From positions 223,696,001-223,760,000 of the forward strand of contig OZ024743.1 in the NCBI GenBank assembly GCA_964016885.1: a stretch of 64,000 nt of DNA, read 5' to 3'. The translations under genes and the position numbers were made by a program. How positions within the stretch are numbered: the first letter of the stretch is position 1; every line of letters starts with the position of its first letter. The DNA is from Eledone cirrhosa. Taxonomy: Eukaryota. The notes beneath the pieces were generated by a model. That model was not told the origin of the DNA, searched no databases, and saw only the letters and a list, made by a program, of their open reading frames with translations. Below are positions 57,824 through 64,000 of the stretch, one piece after another.

Positions 57824-57985
57824 TCATAGCCCTAGATAATATGTCCAGTAAATTAAGGAAAATAATAGGAATATTAGGGGAAATATAACTCTGGAGTATT
57901 TGTCCACTTTTCTTGCATGTTCCTTGCCATTTGGGTCAATTTGATAAGATATTATAGCAGAGTCTGGCTGCGAATAACCATTTGA
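57824..57985 (-). CDS. Terminal coding exon of a Cys-loop ligand-gated chloride channel subunit (end of M3-M4 loop, M4, stop TGA)
   Basis: Polypyrimidine tract and TGCAG acceptor ending at 57986, phase 0. Encodes SNGYSQPDSAIISYQIDPNGKEHARKVDKYSRVIFPLIFLLFSLIYWTYYLGL*, matching the GlyR/GluCl M4 pattern (D..SR..FP..F..F...YW..Y). Confidence 0.93.
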   Translation of the reverse strand, partial: SNGYSQPDSAIISYQIDPNGKEHARKVDKYSRVIFPLIFLLFSLIYWTYYLGL

Positions 57986-58187
57986 CTGCAAAAACCAAAA
58001 AAAAAAAAAAAAAATAGTTAACATTAACATCTTATTACAAGATAATCCATGAAAATTAATATTGTAAAATAAATCTCAAGACACTGGGTTAAAATCTGAA
58101 AGGAACTGAATGCTAAATAAATGTAACAAAATAAAGATAAACAACAACAATAATATAAACACATTTACCGTATGTGCAAGACAAGGT

Positions 58188-58255
58188 CAACCCATGCTAG
58201 CGTGGAAGAATGGACGTAAAATGGTGACGATGATGATGATGATGATGATGATGAT
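58188..58255 (+). mobile_element. RTE/SINE-B 3' tail fragment with (ATG)n in the last intron
   Basis: CAACCCATGCTAGCGTGGAAGAATGGACGTAAAATGGTGACGATGATG..., matching the tail at 5160-5215. Confidence 0.7.
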
Positions 58256-58641
58256 TGATAAGGTTACAAAAATATTGGGCAAGTTTGAAAATTTGAAATC
58301 TATTTGCTTTTCTTTTGAAAAGTTGCCACGATGCATATATTGACTATGAAATAATTGAAATTACCATTGAAGTTTGGAAAAAGTTGGACAGAGATATACA
58401 CAGGAGACCAACCACAAATGTGCCGTTTGTTGGATGGCTGTGATACACCATCATAAATATATGGTAGCTTGTAACAAGAAAAGCAAATAAATTTTGAATA
58501 ATAAAATTATTATTTAAAATCTACTATTATCTCAGTTAAATCATGCAAAACAATTTTTGTATGTAATAAATGTAAATATGTGTGTTTTAAACAGCTAATT
58601 GCTATCATGGTACAGATAATTTAATACAATTTTATACTTAC

Positions 58642-59027
58642 AACAACTGCCAAGGAAACTTTCTCCGAGTCCATCTGCAAGGCACGGCTTCGTAAGTATA
58701 GTTTGATTTCTCTACGCTTCAATACATTCACAACAGCATATTCGAGAAGTGCAAGAAAGACAAATATGAGACAGATAGCCATCCAAATGTCTATAGCCTT
58801 GATGTAAGAAACTTTGGGAAGGGCAGATACAGCTGCAGCCGTTTGACTGGTCACTGTTAACACTGTGAGAACACCCAATGATGTCCGTGCCGGGACAGCA
58901 TCTATATTTAGCCAAAATGAGAACCAGGATACTAAGACAGTCAATGAACATGGACAATATATGTTTAAGATATAAAAACCCATGTTTCTCTTTAAGTGAA
59001 ATTCAGCTCTTAAGCAGGAGAATGTTT
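58642..59027 (-). CDS. Penultimate coding exon of a glycine-receptor/GluCl-like anion channel subunit (end of loop C, M1, M2, M3)
   Basis: Acceptor TTTCAG ends at 59028 (phase 1). Donor GTAAGT at 58641 (phase 0) matches the next exon. Encodes TFSCLRAEFHLKRNMGFYILNIYCPCSLTVLVSWFSFWLNIDAVPARTSLGVLTVLTVTSQ...LPKVSYIKAIDIWMAICLIFVFLALLEYAVVN. The PAR motif indicates anion selectivity. Upstream exons were not recognised in the window. Confidence 0.95.
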
Positions 59028-60507
59028 CTGAAATAGAGTAAAATTACAGACATTATATTTTCCAAATCATATTTACTCAAAGACACATTATTGACTACAA
59101 AAACAAAGCACTAACTCAGCCTATTCATATACACACATAAACACACACATGCACACACAAGCACTCAAACACGCAGTATGCATATGCGAGGTCTCATATG
59201 GATATTTATTTTATCATCTTAATATCTGTACATATAAATTAAGTTGCAATATATTTAACTGTAAAAGCTATTTCTTGTAGTTATTAGAACTACAGGATCT
59301 AGCAATAATATTGTTTAGCAACCATAGTCACAAAGAACCTGTAGGCGGTAGTTAATGAAATAAATTTATGTTTTTTCTTCATTTTTGTAGTCCTCTATAT
59401 TAATTTTCTGGTTTACTTGTTCTTTTGTGCATTTGTTTTCCATATTTATACTCATAACACTACATAGACAACTACAATGTATGTATTCTGGTTTTATTAC
59501 TTAAAAATTATCTTAACCAAGAGAGAGAGAGAGAGTGAGAGCTGGTTTCTAGCACAGAAACAAGTAGTTTCTATTAATGGTAGAGAGATGACTATCTTCA
59601 ATGTCTGGCTTTGTAATGTCAGCCTGCTTTGAATCAGATAGTTTGGTTAAATGTGTTAATTTACATCTAATGATACGTTTTGCTTATTCATTTAAATGTT
59701 TTAGCATTTGCAGAAAACCGATTTTTAAGGGAAAGATTATATATACGTTTCATATAAATCTGTTAAGATAATAGCTCCACTGTACACTATGATTGTAGTC
59801 ACGATTTGGTCGAAGGAGATACGTTTAGCCATGACGATTTTATCAATTCACTGATATTTGTATTTAATTTTTAAAATAGAGGTTTTGTCACAAATTTAAA
59901 GTTGTTCACAGCTTCCGTAATCTTTATTTTCAGATTGTTTTCATTTCTATGATTGTATTTAAACGAATGTATTTAGCATTATGTGGTGTTAATTGTTTTG
60001 AAGTGTTACTTGGCTTATCTCTTTATGAATGCAATGTTATAACGCCGCGTTTGTTCGGTTATTTAAACACTTATGTAGAAATATTTGTATCTAATCTTAC
60101 TGCATTCTATAACTCAACTGCTCCATATGTTATGTTTCCTTCATATAAGCAGTAATTACATGTCCAACTATCAGACTAACACGTCTGTCGCTGTACAATG
60201 GTCGTTATTTTTTAAATGTATGTATGTGTATGTATATAATTATGTATGTGTGTATGTATGTACATAAATCTGCTGATAATACCCTATTTGGTGAGCAAAT
60301 AAAACCATTAGTTGCATATTTCTCCATAGACAGAGCGGGGTGTACATGGTCTCTGAAGGAGACTCTAGTTAGAATAGAAATTGGGCCAGATATTTTATTA
60401 TTTTTCTGTTTGTGAAAAAATACAAAAATTCGGGACATCTTTACATTTTTCAGAATATTTATTTATTTATATAGTTATGCACTCTTGCTTAACTCTTGTA
60501 CTATTGT

Positions 60508-60890
60508 CATCATCGTCATCATTTAGCTCTTCCATGCCGGCATGGGTTAGACAGGTAATCTCTAACTAAGTTAGTATTAAATCAGAGCTATTGTCTTGCC
60601 AGACAGTTTTATTTCCACGTCTCGCTTACATAAGTTCTGGTTTTCGCATGCTTTCTACAGCTGAATATTCTTCCTATAACCAACTAATTTACAGGCTGTA
60701 CTGGGCATATTTTACCATGAGACCAGCACTATGAAGATTTTCATGTCCTTGACACAAGTGAAGAGTCTTCTCAATCCTTTGTTTGGTATGGTTTCTACAG
60801 ATGTATGTCCATCCACTTTACAGAGTGTACTGGATATATTTTTGTCGCAATAGCACTAAGGAGGTTGACATGTCCTTGACACAACTGACA
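60508..60890 (-). mobile_element. Degenerate SINE family B-like remnants in the intron
   Basis: CATCATCGTCATC...CCATGCCGGCATGGGTTAGACAGG and TTTCTACAGCTG...TTTACAGGCTGTACTGGG resemble 5160-5350. Confidence 0.55.
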
Positions 60891-61180
60891 TTAGTCCTCG
60901 TACTGTGTGTACTGTTGTGTATATAGATATAGATTTATCATACATCTCAGCTAAAAGGGTGTCCCAAAACACACTAAATGTGGGTACTGCGCCCGCACTT
61001 CGAGTGTAGAGAAATTTGGAGAGAGAAAAAAAAATAGTATAACTGAGTATGCATGTGTGTGTGTAACATTTAGAAGGAACTGTAAAAATACAAAGTTATG
61101 ATCATGTATTTCGAACTGTTGTGTATGGATGGATGGGTTACGGTATCGGATTACGATATGACAACACAGAGGACTATTTC

Positions 61181-61506
61181 TCTCGATGTATCATCATACG
61201 TAAGATTATCTTCAGTGAGTCGAGGTTTACGCTATGTCTTGAGTGTGTGCAATTTTGAGTTGCGTGCTCAGTGAGTCGAACGATTAAGTAACCGTGGTTT
61301 GATTATCATGTGTTAAATAGCTATTGTCGAACCTTGACCAATTGAATCTCGATGTATTATCATACGTAAGATTCTCTTCCCGTGAGTCGAAGTTTATGCT
61401 ATGAATGAGTGTGTGCAATTTTGAGTTGCGTGCTCAGTGAGTCGAGCGATTAAGTAACCGTGGGCTGATTATCATGTGTTTCATAGCTTTCGCCGTACCT
61501 TGACCA
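61181..61506. repeat. Diverged 166-bp tandem duplication
   Basis: TCTCGATGTA..ATCATACGTAAGATT...GAGTTGCGTGCTCAGTGAGTCGA...CCTTGACCA starts at 61181 and 61347. Confidence 0.9.
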
Positions 61507-63122
61507 GTCGAAAAGAGATCCTGCAGAGACCCAACCGAATCCAGAATATACCACAGACAAAAACATGGTGTGTGACAAGGAAAATGATGTGTGTTTGATG
61601 CAAAACGTGTTATTCATACAGGCATATAATACAGTAAAACAAATAATAATAATAAAAGAAATAATAAAAATGACATTCATATAAAACTGTAAAAAAAAAA
61701 AAAAAAATTTATATAAGTGTTCTTTACAAAAAGTTCTGTTTTCTCTTCTTTATGTAAATGTTTTCTTGTTAGGAAGCTAGTAGTATTGTTTGTTGTTGTT
61801 GGAGGTTACGAAGCAAGTGAAGTGTTTGGTAACTGTATATTGCTGTGGTTGGCAAATAAAGCCATGATCAGATCAAATAGGCTGCGTGTTATTTTATTTT
61901 TTTCTAAAATACCATTTCGTTTTTGTTTTTAATTTTTTTTAAACGTCAGGTCACCAATTTAACGAAGGGTATAAATGAGAAATTAGTTAGAAGGATTTAA
62001 CATAATTGTTAGATGAAGTAAAATGATTAATAAGAATAAATGTAATAACGAAAATATAAGGTATAAATGATTTGGCTATATATGGTTTACTTCACGTGAA
62101 TCAATTAAAAGGTACAATAAACAAGTTACCATAAGTTGCAAAGATTGACAATATTATTTTGTTGTTGATGTGAGGCTGTTGTAGTCTGTTGTTGTTGTTG
62201 GTGTGAAAACAGCGAGCGACAGATAATTGCTGTTGTTGTTGGAATTTGGAGTCCGTGGTAGTAGTTGTGAGACCGTAGTTAGTAAGAGAGAGAGATATGG
62301 TTTGTATACCTCTGTTATGGTCTGTCGTAACTGTGAACTACCGTGGCCTGCAGACAGCAGTAAATCTTCCACATTTGTGTTCTGTAGTAGTAGGGTTCCA
62401 ATCGCTCTGGGTGTATCTGTAGACCTCATGGGGTCTGTTGATAGTGGTGAATCTTTACATAGTTTGTTATAGGTGTAATGCTCCGACGTATCTCCTAATG
62501 TAGGATGTTACAGGCTCTATATAGAGCTGTCGCTTCCTGTCTCCCACCTTGAGGGGATAGGCAACACATCAACCTGTCTACACCAAAAGGGTGTTGACCT
62601 AGAATTTGACCTTTAGGTGTCACCCAAGGTTCAAGGCGCCGATAGATTTCGCTACATATGTATGTAAATTATTGCTTTTTTCCATATTCTTATTAATATA
62701 CAATTTAATTTCATTATACACTCCCGTTGCATGAAAAAGCCCATAGGCTGCAGCCGGTACGAAAAATACGGAAATTCCTTTTTTTGTAAATAAACGTTTT
62801 GCTATTATTCTATGAGAAAATGCCTTTAGCATTTTCTACTGTTTTTTTCTTTTATATATATAATATACACACATATATACTATATGAGTTTATATATATA
62901 TATATATATTAATATGGGGCCAACCGGCCAGGAATGTGCAATGCACATTTTAGTCGGCCAGCTGTAATGCAGATAAAACAAAGCGCTCAAAGACATGTGT
63001 AAATGGTACAAGCCGGTGAATTATAGAGTATTAAATACATCAATGGCCGTCAAAATCAGTGAAATATGTATTATGGAGATGAAAATTAACCTGAATTCAA
63101 TTGCATATGGCCTTTTATGTAT

Positions 63123-63262
<140 letters not shown>

Positions 63263-64000
63263 ATATGTATAATAAAGCCAAAACAATGCAGGTATGGACA
63301 TAGAATAAAGAATGCAAATGCAAAAGATATTGTTGACAATTAGTCTTTTACCTTAGATTTATTTAAATGTCCTTAATTTTCGAGATAATATCTCTTCTTC
63401 GGAGGGAAGTAAAGCGGTTAAACCAGTGTTCTAAATAGCTTGGCAAGTCATGCTGACAGGAAATGGTATAGAGTATTTGTTCTACCTCTAATATCAAAGA
63501 GTTAAGGTTAGGTGGATAAAGAGTAGTCTCCCTTTAAAAGGGGTTTTTCTGTATATGCCTGTTTAAGTGTGTGGGAGAATGTGTGAGGTGTAAGTATGTG
63601 TGTGTGTGTGTGTGTGTGAGTGTGAGAAGATATGTCTATACGTAAATGTGGGGGATAGATGTTATCTCGTGTTAGAACTGGTCTTTGTGTGTGTATGTGT
63701 GTGTGTGAGAGAGAATAAGTGGAGGTGTAAGCGTGTGTGTGTGCGTGTGTGCTTGCGTGTGTGTGTGGGAGGGGGTGTAAATATGGGGCTAGATGCTCTA
63801 TCAAGTTATAAATTGGGTGTTGAGTTCTAGTCTATTATTGATTGGTGGTTGTGTTTTGTCTATAATTAGTGCTTCCTTAATTCTAAGATTGCCGAGGTTT
63901 CTTTCCTTAGTTTCTATCCTAACTGTTATGGTTTTGTCGGTGTTTTTGCATTTAACTAGGTGTTTCTTAAATGAGGAAGCGTTAGTATTGAGGTGTTCTT

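Larger units (their letters stand above)
21071..57848. repeat. ~36.8-kb tandem array of a 45-bp monomer (roughly 800 copies) with higher-order duplications
   Basis: Consensus CAGTAAT[C/A]ATAGCTCTAGATAA[T/C]ATATACACCACAACACATCTCC, with 40-, 42- and 44-bp deletion variants. The copy number is length divided by 45, not an exact count. Confidence 0.99.

Noticed and set aside
57986-58030. N-terminal part of ORF 57824-58030 (MLMLTIFFFFFWFLQ) and C-terminal VSIKLY of ORF 58621-58983
   Set aside because: These are intronic (polypyrimidine tract/acceptor, and sequence past the GTAAGT donor).
57824-59027. Cephalopod chemotactile receptor or nicotinic receptor
   Set aside because: The PAR motif before M2 and the GlyR/GluCl-type M1-M4 sequences indicate the anion-channel branch, not the nAChR-derived branch.
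61165-61220. Possible minus-strand hammerhead (CTGAAGA...GAAATAGTC)
   Set aside because: The flanks cannot form stem I and there is no convincing stem II.

Overview
AT-rich eukaryotic (animal) DNA. The SINE/LINE families and (TA)n-rich background suggest an octopus/coleoid cephalopod (inference). Bases 1-21 kb are intergenic and TE-rich: a Tx1-like LINE 3' end, many tRNA-derived SINEs, a decayed RTE-type LINE, a small Helitron, a 29-bp minisatellite, and several (TA)n-associated fold-back palindromes. Two of these palindromes contain minimal hammerhead-ribozyme folds typical of Penelope-like elements. About 21,071-57,848 is a single ~36.8-kb tandem array of a 45-bp monomer with kb-scale higher-order duplications. 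The last two exons of an anion-selective Cys-loop ligand-gated channel gene (GlyR/GluCl-like) lie on the minus strand at 58,642-59,027 and 57,824-57,985. The most striking observation is that the satellite starts inside the last codons of this gene and its monomer resembles the gene's stop-codon region. A SINE inside the array, triplicated in a 956-bp unit, supplies the first canonical AATAAA I could find downstream of the stop. The many repeat-derived ORFs are not treated as genes.
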